In this document: positions 50,376-59,446 of the stretch, one piece after another
How the letters are laid out: every line of letters begins with the position of its first letter
Numbering within the stretch: position 1 is the stretch's first letter
From: an uncultured Chloroflexia bacterium
Lineage (GTDB): Bacteria; Chloroflexota; Chloroflexia; QHBQ01; JADMIH01
Direction of reading: 5' to 3'
Length of the DNA stretch: 64,000 bases
Assembly: GCA_963811305.1 (NCBI GenBank)
Contig: CAWEQU010000008.1
Span: 68,539-132,538 of the forward strand
Position numbers and translations under genes: made by a program
The notes under the pieces: generated by a model
The model's database searches: none
The model's input: the letters and a program-made list of their open reading frames with translations, nothing else
What the model was told of the DNA's origin: nothing

Positions 50376-50429
50376 TTGACAAACGCTTATTTCGGTGATA
50401 AACTTTGTTAGTTCAGTGGACTAACAAAG
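50376..50429 (+). promoter_or_regulatory. promoter (TTGACA-17-TAAACT) overlapped by 10-bp inverted repeat CTTTGTTAGT-N7-ACTAACAAAG
   Basis: Read directly. The inverted repeat at 50403-50429 overlaps the -10 element, upstream of the ROK regulator gene. Confidence 0.5.
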
Positions 50430-50447
50430 CAATAGCGGGGTTAGCAG

Positions 50448-51653
50448 ATGACCAGCCTGCAAAAGGCCACCCAGCAACAAACCAAAACACACAACAGTCG
50501 TCTGGTCCTCAAAGCCATTTATGACCAGAGACAGATTAGTCGCGCGGATATTTCGCGCCTCACCAGCCTTACCAAAACTACCGTCTCGGACCTGGTCACC
50601 GAGCTACAGGGCAAAGGGCTGGTAGAAGAGATCGGCTACGGCGAGTTGAGGGGGGGACGCTCCCCTATCTTATTGAGCGTTATTGACGATGCGCGCCACC
50701 TGATCGGCATCGATCTCGAAAACGACGAGCTACGCGGGGCCGTGGTCAATCTCCGCAACGAGATAATAAGCACCGTCAGCCAGCCGCTCCGTAGCCGCGA
50801 AGGTGACGAAGCGTTGATGCTCGTTTATGAGCTGGTGGACAAGCTGATCGCAACTACGAACAAGCCGCTGTTGGGCATTGGTGTTGGGACCCCCGGCCTG
50901 GTAGATGCCAGCAACAAGGTTGTGCTACGAGCCGTCAATCTCAACTGGCGAGGTATGCCGCTGGGCAACCTGCTCCAGGAGCGTTATGGCCTGCCTGTGT
51001 ACATCGCCAACGACAGCCAGCTGGCCGCCCTGGCCCAGTACATGTTCGGTGGGAGCAAATACGAAAGCAATCTGGTTGTAGTGAAGGTGGGAACCGGCAT
51101 AGGTGCCGGGCTGATACTTGATGGCCGCCTGTTCCATGGAGACGGGTTCGGAGCGGGAGAAATCGGGCATATCAGCGTGGTAGAGAATGGGCAGCAGTGT
51201 CGTTGCGGTAACGTGGGCTGCCTGGAGACGGTTGCCAGTACGCCCGCCATCATCAAGAGTGTAAACGCATTCGCCCGGTTAGCGTCTAGCTCAGTGTCGA
51301 ATAGCCCTGAGCAGGCTTCCCAGGAGCTAACCCTTAATGCAGTTTACGAGTTTTTTGCCGCCGGGCACCCAGCGGCCACGCAGGCCGTGCTTGAAGCAGG
51401 GCGTTATCTCGGTATTGCTGCTGCCAATCTGGTAGGGACTCTCAACGTCCATCGCATTGTCTTTCTTAGCCCGCTTGCCCGGTTTGGGACGCCTCTTCTG
51501 GATGCCATCCGGCAGGAAATGACCAGGAGGGTGTTACCTACCCTCGCTCAAGATACCGAGATTGAATTGATAGACCTCAGGCCCGAAATGGTCATCCTTG
51601 GGGCTTCAGCACTTTTGATGAGCCAGGAACTGGGTCTTAGACTGGCCGCCTAG
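50448..51653 (+). CDS. ROK-family transcriptional regulator (NagC/XylR-like)
   Basis: N-terminal wHTH (NSRLVLKAIYDQRQISRADISRLTSLTKTTVSDLVTELQGKG) and a ROK sugar-kinase fold with the zinc motif GHISVVENGQQCRCGNVGCLE. Confidence 0.88.
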   Translation: MTSLQKATQQQTKTHNSRLVLKAIYDQRQISRADISRLTSLTKTTVSDLVTELQGKGLVEEIGYGELRGGRSPILLSVIDDARHLIGIDLENDELRGAVVNLRNEIISTVSQPLRSREGDEALMLVYELVDKLIATTNKPLLGIGVGTPGLVDASNKVVLRAVNLNWRGMPLGNLLQERYGLPVYIANDSQLAALAQYMFGGSKYESNLVVVKVGTGIGAGLILDGRLFHGDGFGAGEIGHISVVENGQQCRCGNVGCLETVASTPAIIKSVNAFARLASSSVSNSPEQASQELTLNAVYEFFAAGHPAATQAVLEAGRYLGIAAANLVGTLNVHRIVFLSPLARFGTPLLDAIRQEMTRRVLPTLAQDTEIELIDLRPEMVILGASALLMSQELGLRLAA

Positions 51654-51657
51654 CCTA

Positions 51658-51699
51658 TTGACAAAGCAAGATTCATGTGATATTATGGGAGCGCTCCCA
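51658..51699 (+). promoter_or_regulatory. promoter (TTGACA-17-TATTAT) immediately followed by a perfect CebR/CelR-type box TGGGAGCGCTCCCA
   Basis: -35 at 51658-51663, -10 at 51681-51686, and the 14-bp palindrome at 51686-51699. Confidence 0.7.
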
Positions 51700-51769
51700 T
51701 AGGTCGGTGGGGATGGCACTCATTCATGCTCAGAATAATCTATTGTAGTGCTTCACATGGAGCATTCTA

Positions 51770-51783
51770 TAGGAGCGCTCCCA
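51770..51783 (+). promoter_or_regulatory. second CebR/CelR-type box (TAGGAGCGCTCCCA, 13/14)
   Basis: Lies between the promoter and the preferred LacI start at 51811. Confidence 0.6.
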
Positions 51784-51810
51784 AAACAGCGTAACGGAGT
51801 CGTCTACTTT

Positions 51811-52876
51811 ATGCCCTCTACATTGGAAGAAATCGCTAAACACGCCGGTGTCTCACGCTCGACCGTTTCGCGGGTGATGAACGACCACCCTAGCGTGGAC
51901 GATGAGACAAGGGCGCGGGTGCTGTCAGTAGCAGAGCGCCTCAACTACCAGCCCAATATGGCGGCGCGGAGCCTGGCTGCCGGGCGCACCCGTATACTCG
52001 GACTTGTTATCCCTATGGGCGTCTCTGCCCTCTTCACGGATCCTTACTTTCCCCTCCTTATTCAAGGTATCTCTTCCGCCTGTAGCGCTAATAATCACTC
52101 GGTAATGCTCTGGATCGCGGAGCCAGAATATGAGCGCCGCACGATTCGCCAGGCGTTGCAGGGTGGCATGATTGACGGCGTCATCCTTGCCTCCGCGCTG
52201 ATGGACGATCCGATGCTGGAAGCATTGCGAAAGCGCGGCCTCCCCTTCATCCTGGTGGGACGTCATCCAACCGACGACAATCTGAGCTATGTCGACGTGG
52301 ATAACAGGAGCGCCGCACGCGACATGGTTTCCTACCTGATACGCCTGGGCTACGAGCGCATAGCGACCATTACCGGCCCCAAGAATATGATCGCGGGCGC
52401 AGACCGGTTGCAAGGCTATCTCAACGCCCTGCGGGAGCGAAGAGTAGCTCACGATGCCGATCTGATTGTTGAAGCAGATTTCACCGAAGAAGGTGGATAT
52501 GCCGCAATGCAGCGTCTTCTCCCTTTTGCGCCCGACGCCGTCTTTGCCGCAAGTGATGCAATGGCGGTGGGCGCGCTGCGCGCACTGCGTGATGCAGGCA
52601 AGCGAGTTCCCGGACGACATTGCGGTTACGGGATTCGATGACGTGCCCTTTGCCGCCCGTACGGACCCACCCCTGACCACAGTCAGGCAGCCCATTCAGC
52701 CTATGGGGGCTGTCGCTGCTGAAACGCTAATTAACATGATAAGTCACCCCGATGGGCAGCCGCACCGCGTACTCTTGCCCACGGAATTGATTATTCGAGC
52801 ATCATGCGGCTCCAATCTAGGGAAGGGACCGGCACCTAAGGGAATGGCGTATACAGACAAACGTCCGGCTTTATAA
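51811..52876 (+). pseudogene. LacI-family repressor (CebR/CelR-like), one apparent frameshift
   Basis: HTH MPSTLEEIAKHAGVSRSTVSRVMN. The periplasmic-binding-fold body continues after a shift near 52608-52612 as DDIAVTGFDDVPFAARTDPPLTTVRQP. Confidence 0.82.
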
Positions 52877-53053
52877 GCCACTACATCTTTTCTATAACCA
52901 CATAGCGCACCTGGCATAGAGATAATTGCACAGCGTCCTAGTACGAACCAGAAATCCGGCGTCAAAGGAGGTGGTCACACTGCCAAGTTAGACCTAAGAT
53001 ACTGTGGGTAATGGTAACCCCCAATTGCTCTAACTCAAAGGAGGATACTCAAA

Positions 53054-54595
53054 ATGGCAAAGTTGAAACCTCGTAAAGTTTATCTGGCTGTCCTGGCGCT
53101 AATACTGATGCCCTTGCTGGCAGCCTGTGGAACGGCCTCTTCGCCGGCTGTCGTTGCCCCGACCGGAACCGCCGTCGTGGCGGCTCCTACCGACACAACA
53201 CTCGTTGCGGCCCCAACAGATACCGCTGCTGTAGCGGCTGCTACCGAAACAGCTCCCGCGGTATCGCTTACACCGACCGTCCCACCTACGGTTCAGGCGG
53301 GGGGCGAAGGGTGCGCCAGTGGAGCCACCAAAATAACATGGTACGTCGGCCTGGGCGCGGGTGGCGACGCGAACGTGATCCCCAAGGAAGTGGCCTGGGT
53401 AGACAATTTCAACAAATCGCAGACTGAGGCCTGTGTAACTCTACAGGTCGTGCATAACCCCGAGTCATATGACACCCTCAAGGCCCAGCTTGCCGCCGGA
53501 CAAGGCCCCGACATCGTTGGCCCCGTCGGTAAGGCCGGACGCGCCAGCTTCCAGGGTAGCTGGGCGGACGTGAGCGCGCTGGCGGCAGAAGCCAACGTTG
53601 ACCTGAGCAAGTATGACCCGGCCCTGCTGGAATTCACCAAGGATGAGGGCGTGCTGGTCGGCATCCCGTTCGCCCTCTTCCCAAGCTTCATATACTACAA
53701 CAAAGCCCTCTTCGACGAGGCCAAGCTCCCCTACCCACCTCATAAGCTGGGTGAGAAGTACGACGGCAAGGACTGGAACCTCGATACACTCGCCGAGCTT
53801 GCCAAGAAGCTCACGGTAGACGCGGGCGGCAACGACGCGACTGCCTCTAACTTCGATGCCAAGAACATCAAGCAGTTCGGTTTCTACGAGTCGAACACTG
53901 ACGCTCGTGGTATAGCAACCCTCTTTGGAGGTGGCCTCCCTTACGATGCTGCCGATACCAAGACAGCCAAAATCCCCGATCACTGGCGAGCCGCCTGGAA
54001 GTGGTACTATGACAGCATGTGGACCCAGCACTACGCGCCGAACTACGATTACCAGCAGAGCGACCTGCTCGGCAAAGGCAACCCCTTCTCGTCCGGTAAC
54101 ACCGCCATGGCGCACTCTCATAGCTGGTTCACCTGCTGCTTCGACATCCAGAAGCTGAACTGGGATATAGCTGTGATGCCAACTATAAACGGCCAGGTTA
54201 CTGCTAAGCTCCACGGCGATACTTTCGCTATCTTGAAGCAGAGCAAGAACCAGAAGGTCGCGTTCAATGTTATGGCCAAGATGGTCGTGGACCCGGAGCT
54301 TTACCAGATATACGGCGGCATGCCTGCCAAGCCGGAAGACCGCGCCGCGTTCTTCACAGCGTTCGATGCTCGGGTAGCGCCGAACAAAGTCGACTGGACC
54401 GTGGCCGAGGAGATGGTCAAGCACCCGGACCTGCCGAATCACGAGTCCTGGCTGCCCAACCTGATCAAAGCCAACGACCTCTTTGGCAAGTTCCGCACGC
54501 TGATGGATCAGACGCCCGGCCTGGACATGGAAAGTGAAATCAACAAGTTCGAGTCCCAGCTTACGGACGTGTTCAAAACAGCCCCTACCCCGTAA
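53054..54595 (+). CDS. ABC sugar transporter substrate-binding lipoprotein
   Basis: Lipobox LLAACG, an Ala/Thr/Pro linker with internal repeats (VVAAPTDTTLVAAPTDTAAVAAATE), then a family-1 SBP-like body. Confidence 0.85.
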   Translation: MAKLKPRKVYLAVLALILMPLLAACGTASSPAVVAPTGTAVVAAPTDTTLVAAPTDTAAVAAATETAPAVSLTPTVPPTVQAGGEGCASGATKITWYVGLGAGGDANVIPKEVAWVDNFNKSQTEACVTLQVVHNPESYDTLKAQLAAGQGPDIVGPVGKAGRASFQGSWADVSALAAEANVDLSKYDPALLEFTKDEGVLVGIPFALFPSFIYYNKALFDEAKLPYPPHKLGEKYDGKDWNLDTLAELAKKLTVDAGGNDATASNFDAKNIKQFGFYESNTDARGIATLFGGGLPYDAADTKTAKIPDHWRAAWKWYYDSMWTQHYAPNYDYQQSDLLGKGNPFSSGNTAMAHSHSWFTCCFDIQKLNWDIAVMPTINGQVTAKLHGDTFAILKQSKNQKVAFNVMAKMVVDPELYQIYGGMPAKPEDRAAFFTAFDARVAPNKVDWTVAEEMVKHPDLPNHESWLPNLIKANDLFGKFRTLMDQTPGLDMESEINKFESQLTDVFKTAPTP

Positions 54596-54599
54596 AGTA

Positions 54600-54662
54600 G
54601 TTCAAGGTTCAAGGTTCAAAGTTCAAGGATTTTCTTTGAACTTTGAACCTTGAACCTTGAAC
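54600..54662 (+). repeat. intercistronic hairpin: (GTTCAAR)x4 / (YTTTGAAC-type)x4
   Basis: 29-nt arms, 28/29 complementary, 5 nt after the SBP stop codon. Confidence 0.9.
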
Positions 54663-54681
54663 AACGTAGGAGATATAGGTA

Positions 54682-55644
54682 ATGGCAACTGCGGATTTAG
54701 CCTCGCATCGAACATCCCAACCCAAGCGCCGGGTTTCGGTAGTGGAGCGCAAACGCGCCCGCTGGGGGCTGTTATTCCTGGCGCCCTGGTTCATTGGGTT
54801 ACTGGCGTTCCAGCTCTTGCCAATCGTGTCGACCGCATTCTTGTCGTTCACCGATTACAGTGCCACCAAAGAATTCGCGCCCGGCAATTTCAATATGGTC
54901 GGCTTTGACAATTATGGCCGCCTCTTCACCGACCCCCAACTCCTCCAATCTGTAGGCGTAACCGTAAAATTCGCTCTCATCGCCGTGCCTCTCGGGTTGG
55001 TGATCCCTCTCTGCTTTGCGCTGCTCGTCAACTCGAAGCACCTGATGGCTCCTAACGTTTTTAGGACCCTCTATTTTCTACCCACGGTTATCCCAATCGT
55101 CGCCGGGGTGATGGTCTTTCAGGGAGTGCTGAACGCGCAGTCCGGCTGGATCAATATGTCACTCAAAGCTATCGGGATCGAAGGGCCGCGCTGGTTGAGC
55201 GACCCTAACTGGGCAGTGCCCGCGCTCAACCTGTTGAGCCTGTGGGCCGTGGGCAACGCCATGATAATCCTGCTCGCGGGCTTGCAGGGCGTTCCTACGG
55301 AGATCCTGGAGGCGGCGACGGTAGACGGCGCTAACGGCGTGCAGCGCTTCTTCCGCATTACAGTCCCGATGATATCGCCCGTCATTTTCTACAATATCAC
55401 CCTCGGAGTTATCGGCGCTTTCCAATATTTCGTCGCGGCCCTGCTCATCGGCGGGCGCAATGGCGACCCCCAGGGGGCCACGCTCTTCTATAACCTGCAC
55501 TTCTACCGCCAGGCTTTTGTTTTCAACGATATGGGTTACGGTTCGGCACTGGCTCTGGTGATGTTTATTACGTTGGTGATCCTGACTTCGATCATGTTTT
55601 CTGTCGGGCAGAAGGCAGTTTACTACGCAGGCGGCGAGGCGTAA
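54682..55644 (+). CDS. ABC sugar transporter permease (MalF/CebF-like)
   Basis: Six TM helices and an EAA-like loop (EILEAATVDGANGVQRFFRITVPMISP). Confidence 0.88.
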   Translation: MATADLASHRTSQPKRRVSVVERKRARWGLLFLAPWFIGLLAFQLLPIVSTAFLSFTDYSATKEFAPGNFNMVGFDNYGRLFTDPQLLQSVGVTVKFALIAVPLGLVIPLCFALLVNSKHLMAPNVFRTLYFLPTVIPIVAGVMVFQGVLNAQSGWINMSLKAIGIEGPRWLSDPNWAVPALNLLSLWAVGNAMIILLAGLQGVPTEILEAATVDGANGVQRFFRITVPMISPVIFYNITLGVIGAFQYFVAALLIGGRNGDPQGATLFYNLHFYRQAFVFNDMGYGSALALVMFITLVILTSIMFSVGQKAVYYAGGEA

Positions 55645-55646
55645 AT

Positions 55647-55707
55647 GAGTTACGAATTACGAATTGAGAAGAACACTTAAGAACTCGTAATTCGTAATTC
55701 GTAACTC
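55647..55707 (+). repeat. intercistronic hairpin built from CGTAATT words
   Basis: GAGTTACGAATTACGAATTGAG ... CTCGTAATTCGTAATTCGTAACTC. Confidence 0.85.
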
Positions 55708-55730
55708 GTAATTAGAAGAGTGAGGGATAG

Positions 55731-56817
55731 ATGGCAACCTTGACCCGAGAAGAAAATAGACGTCTAGCGACATCCGAACGCCGGACCAGGTGGGGACCGC
55801 GCCGTCTTTCCGCACGGGTGTTTGTCACCCTTGTTGGGTTGGTAGTCATGCTGATCTTCCTGATGCCGCTGGGCTATATGTTCATGACTGCGTTCAAGAA
55901 CGATTCTCAGCTTTCCGCTCAGCACGCACCTCTGTGGCCCGCCGAAGCCTCCACCTACAACTACCAGGGCAAGGAGCTGCCACTTTACGAGGTGCCAACA
56001 AGCGAAGGGACCAAGCAGTGGGCTTTGGTCAAGGGCTTCCGTGAAGATCAGCGACTTTGTTGACCCCGCCCATCCTGAGCAGGGCGTATTCAATTGGATA
56101 GGGAGATACCGGACGCTTGACCCGGTTTACCACTTCGCGCCGACCTTCGACAACTTTGTCATGGCCTGGAACCAGGTGAACTTCACCACTCTGTTCAAGA
56201 ATACCTTCTTGATCGCCATCATCAGCACGGTGGGCACGTTGATTTCGTGCATCCTCGTGGCCTATGGGTTTGCACGCTTTCGTATTCCCGGCAAGAATAT
56301 CCTTTTCATCATCCTGATCTCGACGATAATCCTGCCGCCACAGGCGACTATCATACCGCTCTACATATTGTTCGCCAAACTGGGGTGGACGGGGACGTGG
56401 CTGCCGCTACTCGTGCCCGCCTTCTTCGCCAACGCATATAATGTCTTCTTGCTGCGCCAGTATTTTATGAGCATCCCCAAGGAAATGGACGAGGCCGCGA
56501 TGCTCGATGGGGCCAGCCCGTTGCGGACGCTTATATCGGTTATACTTCCCCAGTCCATCCCGGCAATCACGGCGGTCGCCATCTTCCACTTCTTCTTTAC
56601 CTGGAACGACTATTTCGCGCCCCTGGTTTACCTGGTAGGCAAAGAGGACCTGTACCCGATCTCGGTAGGCATAGCCAAGTTTGTAGGTACATTCAGTATC
56701 TACCCGGGGCGAGCAATGGCAACGGCGGTGATGACTCTCATTCTCCCTGCGGTGATATTCTTCTTCGCCCAGCGCCAGTTCATGCAGGGTGTGGTAGTTA
56801 CGGGTGTAGATAAGTAG
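55731..56817 (+). pseudogene. ABC sugar transporter permease (MalG/CebG-like), one apparent frameshift
   Basis: N-terminal TM helix in 55731-56063; the remainder, with the EAA loop (DEAAMLDGASPLRTLISVILPQS), in 56041-56817. Shift near 56035-56041. Confidence 0.85.
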
Positions 56818-56821
56818 CATT

Positions 56822-56868
56822 AGGATTTTGGATTTTGGATTGGATAATAGCCTCCAAAATCTAAAATT
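56822..56868 (+). repeat. intercistronic hairpin built from GGATTTT words
   Basis: AGGATTTTGGATTTTGGATTGG ... CCTCCAAAATCTAAAATT. Confidence 0.75.
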
Positions 56869-56912
56869 GAGTAGGGAGACCAATATTCCATGCAAGTAGA
56901 GGACAATCAAGA

Positions 56913-58264
56913 ATGATAACCCCGGAAATCCGAAATCCGAAATCCGAAATCCGAAATTGGCCGGTTGATTTTGCCTGGGGTGCTGCCACGGCTGCTTACC
57001 AGATCGAGGGCGCGTTCAACGAGGATGGCAAGGGAGAGTCGATATGGGACCGCTTCAGCCACACGCCGGGTAAGGTACATAACGGCGATACGGGCGACGT
57101 GGCGTGCGACCATTACCATCGCTACCGCGAAGATATCGCTTTGATGAAGCAGATAGGTCTGAAGGCATATCGCTTTTCGATCTCCTGGCCCAGGGTCGTC
57201 CCAAACGGGCGCGGCGCGGCCAATCCCCCCGGGCTGGATTTCTATGATAGGCTCGTGGATGAATTGCTGGAGGCGAATATTCAACCATTCCCGACCCTTT
57301 ACCACTGGGACCTGCCACAGGCTCTGCAAGATATAGGCGGCTGGGGAAACCGCGACACCTGCGGCTATTTCGCTGATTACGCCGCACTCATGGCGAGACG
57401 CCTCGCCGACCGGGTTAGCCACTGGACTACCTTCAATGAGCCGTGGGTTTCGGCTTTTATCGGTAATTATGAAGGCAGACACGCTCCAGGCTTGACCTAT
57501 ATGAAGCTGGCGATGCACGTAACGCATCATCTGCTGGTCGCGCACGGGCTTGCGACACAAGCAATCCGCACTGTAGCCCCTCAAGTCAAGATAGGCATCG
57601 TACTGGACTTCGCACCCCCTGAGCCAGCCAACGATACCGAGGCGAACCGTGCCGCCGTAGAAGTCAATGTGGCAGCGGGGTGGAGCGCTCTTCTTAGACC
57701 CACTTTTCCGTGGACACTATCCACCCGCCGTCCAACCAGCGGTTGAAAAATACGAGGTGCCGGTGCAGTCGGGAGACCATGACCTGATCGCGCAACCTCT
57801 CGACTTTGTAGGCATCAACTTCTACCGGCGCATGGTGTTTGACGAGAAAGGCAACCTGAAGCGCGTTCCAGGGGCTGAGTACACCGAAATGGACTGGGAA
57901 GTCCACGCACCCGCGTTCAAGCGTCTGCTGCTTCACCTTTAACAGCGAGTACAGCCTACCGCCCATCTATATTACCGAGAACGGGGCTGCGTTCACAGAT
58001 AATGTCAGCCATGACGGCGAGGTCCACGATGAGCGCCGCGTGAATTATCTTCGGGAGCATCTTGGCGCGGTGCGTGAGGCCATGTCGGAAGGCGCGGATA
58101 TACGCGGTTATTTTGCCTGGTCGCTGCTCGACAACTTTGAGTGGGCAGAGGGCTATTCCAAGCGCTTCGGACTCGTATATATCGATTATCCGACTCAGCA
58201 GCGCATCCTCAAAGATAGCGGGAAATGGTACGCGCAGGTCATAGCGCAGAACAGAATTGACTAG
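56913..58264 (+). pseudogene. bglB: GH1 beta-glucosidase, two apparent frameshifts
   Basis: [15 protein letters not shown], the acid/base motif TFNEPWV and the nucleophile motif YITENGAAF, with the tail WSLLDNFEWAEGYSKRFGLVYID. Pieces are 56913-57746, 57667-57942 and ~57940-58264. Confidence 0.88.
56925..56957 (+). repeat. heptamer array (GAAATCC)x4.7 inside the 5' end of the bglB reading frame
   Basis: Encodes [12 protein letters not shown] between the only in-frame ATG (56913) and the conserved GH1 N-terminus. Confidence 0.85.
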
Positions 58265-58265
58265 A

Positions 58266-58322
58266 GTTCAAAGTTCAAAGTTCAAGGAGATTACTTTGAA
58301 CCTTGAACTTTGAACCTTGAAC
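58266..58322 (+). repeat. intercistronic hairpin of GTTCAAR words
   Basis: GTTCAAAGTTCAAAGTTCAAGG ... CTTTGAACCTTGAACTTTGAACCTTGAAC, right after the bglB stop codon. Confidence 0.9.
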
Positions 58323-58342
58323 CGCCCCGAGGAAGCAATTTG

Positions 58343-59356
58343 ATGAAGAGTGGGAGCCAACGGCGAGACCTGCTGGTGGGAGTTGACGTAGGCGGGACCA
58401 AGGTCGCCGTGCTGGTGGTAGATAGAAGCTACAACGTACTCAGCCAGACCATTCTACCGACCATCCTGGACAGTCCCCAGGCCACTTTAGCCTCGATCAC
58501 ACAAGCTGTACGGCAAAGCGTTGAGCAGGCCGAAGCAACTTTGGACCGCGTAGCCGCAGTAGGCGTGGGCGTTCCGGGGCGCGTAGATACCGCAACGGGG
58601 CTAGTGCGCCGTGCGGTGAACCTCGGTTGGGAAGAACTGCCCGTGGGCCAACTCCTCTCGGCTCATCTCGGCGTGCCGTGCTTGCTGGAGAACGATGTGA
58701 CGCTGGCGGCTACGGGTGCGCAGCACTATATGGGTGGCCTAGCCAGCCGTAATATGGCTTATGTCAGCGTAGGCACTGGTATTGCTGCCGGACTTGTCCT
58801 CGATGGCCGCATCTATCGAGGCGCGCACGGTATGGCAGGTGAAATCGGCCACATGATCATCGCCGTTGATGGGCCTCGCTGCCAATGTGGTGCGTATGGC
58901 TGCCTGGAGGCAGTAGCGGCAGGCCCGGCGATTGCACGCCTGGGAGAGGAAGCTGCTTTATCCTCCGGCGATACGCTGTTGCGCCGGTACAGGACTGTGA
59001 CCGCAGAGGCCGTATACCAGGCAGCACGAGAGGGGGACGCTGCCGCTACTGCTATTATCTGCAAAGTGAGCGGGCACCTCGCTCTGGCTCTCCAGCAGTT
59101 GATCGTAGCCTACGACGTGGAATGTATCGTATTTGGCGGGGGTGTCTCGCGTGAGGGAGATACTTTCCTTCAGCCAATACTTGTCGAATTAGCGCGCCTG
59201 CGCGAGCACTCTGTACTGACCAGCGAAATGCTAGAACCGGGCATGATTTGCATCTTGCCGCCTGACTACGATGCGGGCGCTTGGGGAGCGGTGCTTCTGG
59301 CGGACGAAGGCATAGCAGGCAGAAGGCATGAAGCAGAAAGCAGTACTAACGTTTAA
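58343..59356 (+). CDS. ROK-family sugar kinase (glucokinase/N-acetylglucosamine kinase-like)
   Basis: LLVGVDVGGTKVAV (ATP motif), and GEIGHMIIAVDGPRCQCGAYGCLE (ROK zinc motif). No HTH is present. GAGGAAG precedes ATG 58343; the ORF opens at 58310, inside the hairpin. Confidence 0.85.
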   Translation: MKSGSQRRDLLVGVDVGGTKVAVLVVDRSYNVLSQTILPTILDSPQATLASITQAVRQSVEQAEATLDRVAAVGVGVPGRVDTATGLVRRAVNLGWEELPVGQLLSAHLGVPCLLENDVTLAATGAQHYMGGLASRNMAYVSVGTGIAAGLVLDGRIYRGAHGMAGEIGHMIIAVDGPRCQCGAYGCLEAVAAGPAIARLGEEAALSSGDTLLRRYRTVTAEAVYQAAREGDAAATAIICKVSGHLALALQQLIVAYDVECIVFGGGVSREGDTFLQPILVELARLREHSVLTSEMLEPGMICILPPDYDAGAWGAVLLADEGIAGRRHEAESSTNV

Positions 59357-59393
59357 CCGCCAAGACGCCAAGACGCCAAGTAAACGCCAAGAT
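59356..59393 (+). repeat. octamer word block ACCGCCAAGACGCCAAGACGCCAAGTAAACGCCAAGAT
   Basis: Near-identical to the left arm of the element at 23212-23383. Single arm only. Confidence 0.85.
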
Positions 59394-59446
59394 TTTTATG
59401 GGTTTGCTGCCTACCGCTTTCTGCCTACTGACAAGGGAGTGACGGG

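Noticed and set aside
52909-52929. Sigma-54-like sequence CTGGCAT-N-TTGCA upstream of the SBP gene.
   Set aside because: The GG to GC spacing is 13 nt instead of the required 10, so it is not a functional -24/-12 promoter.
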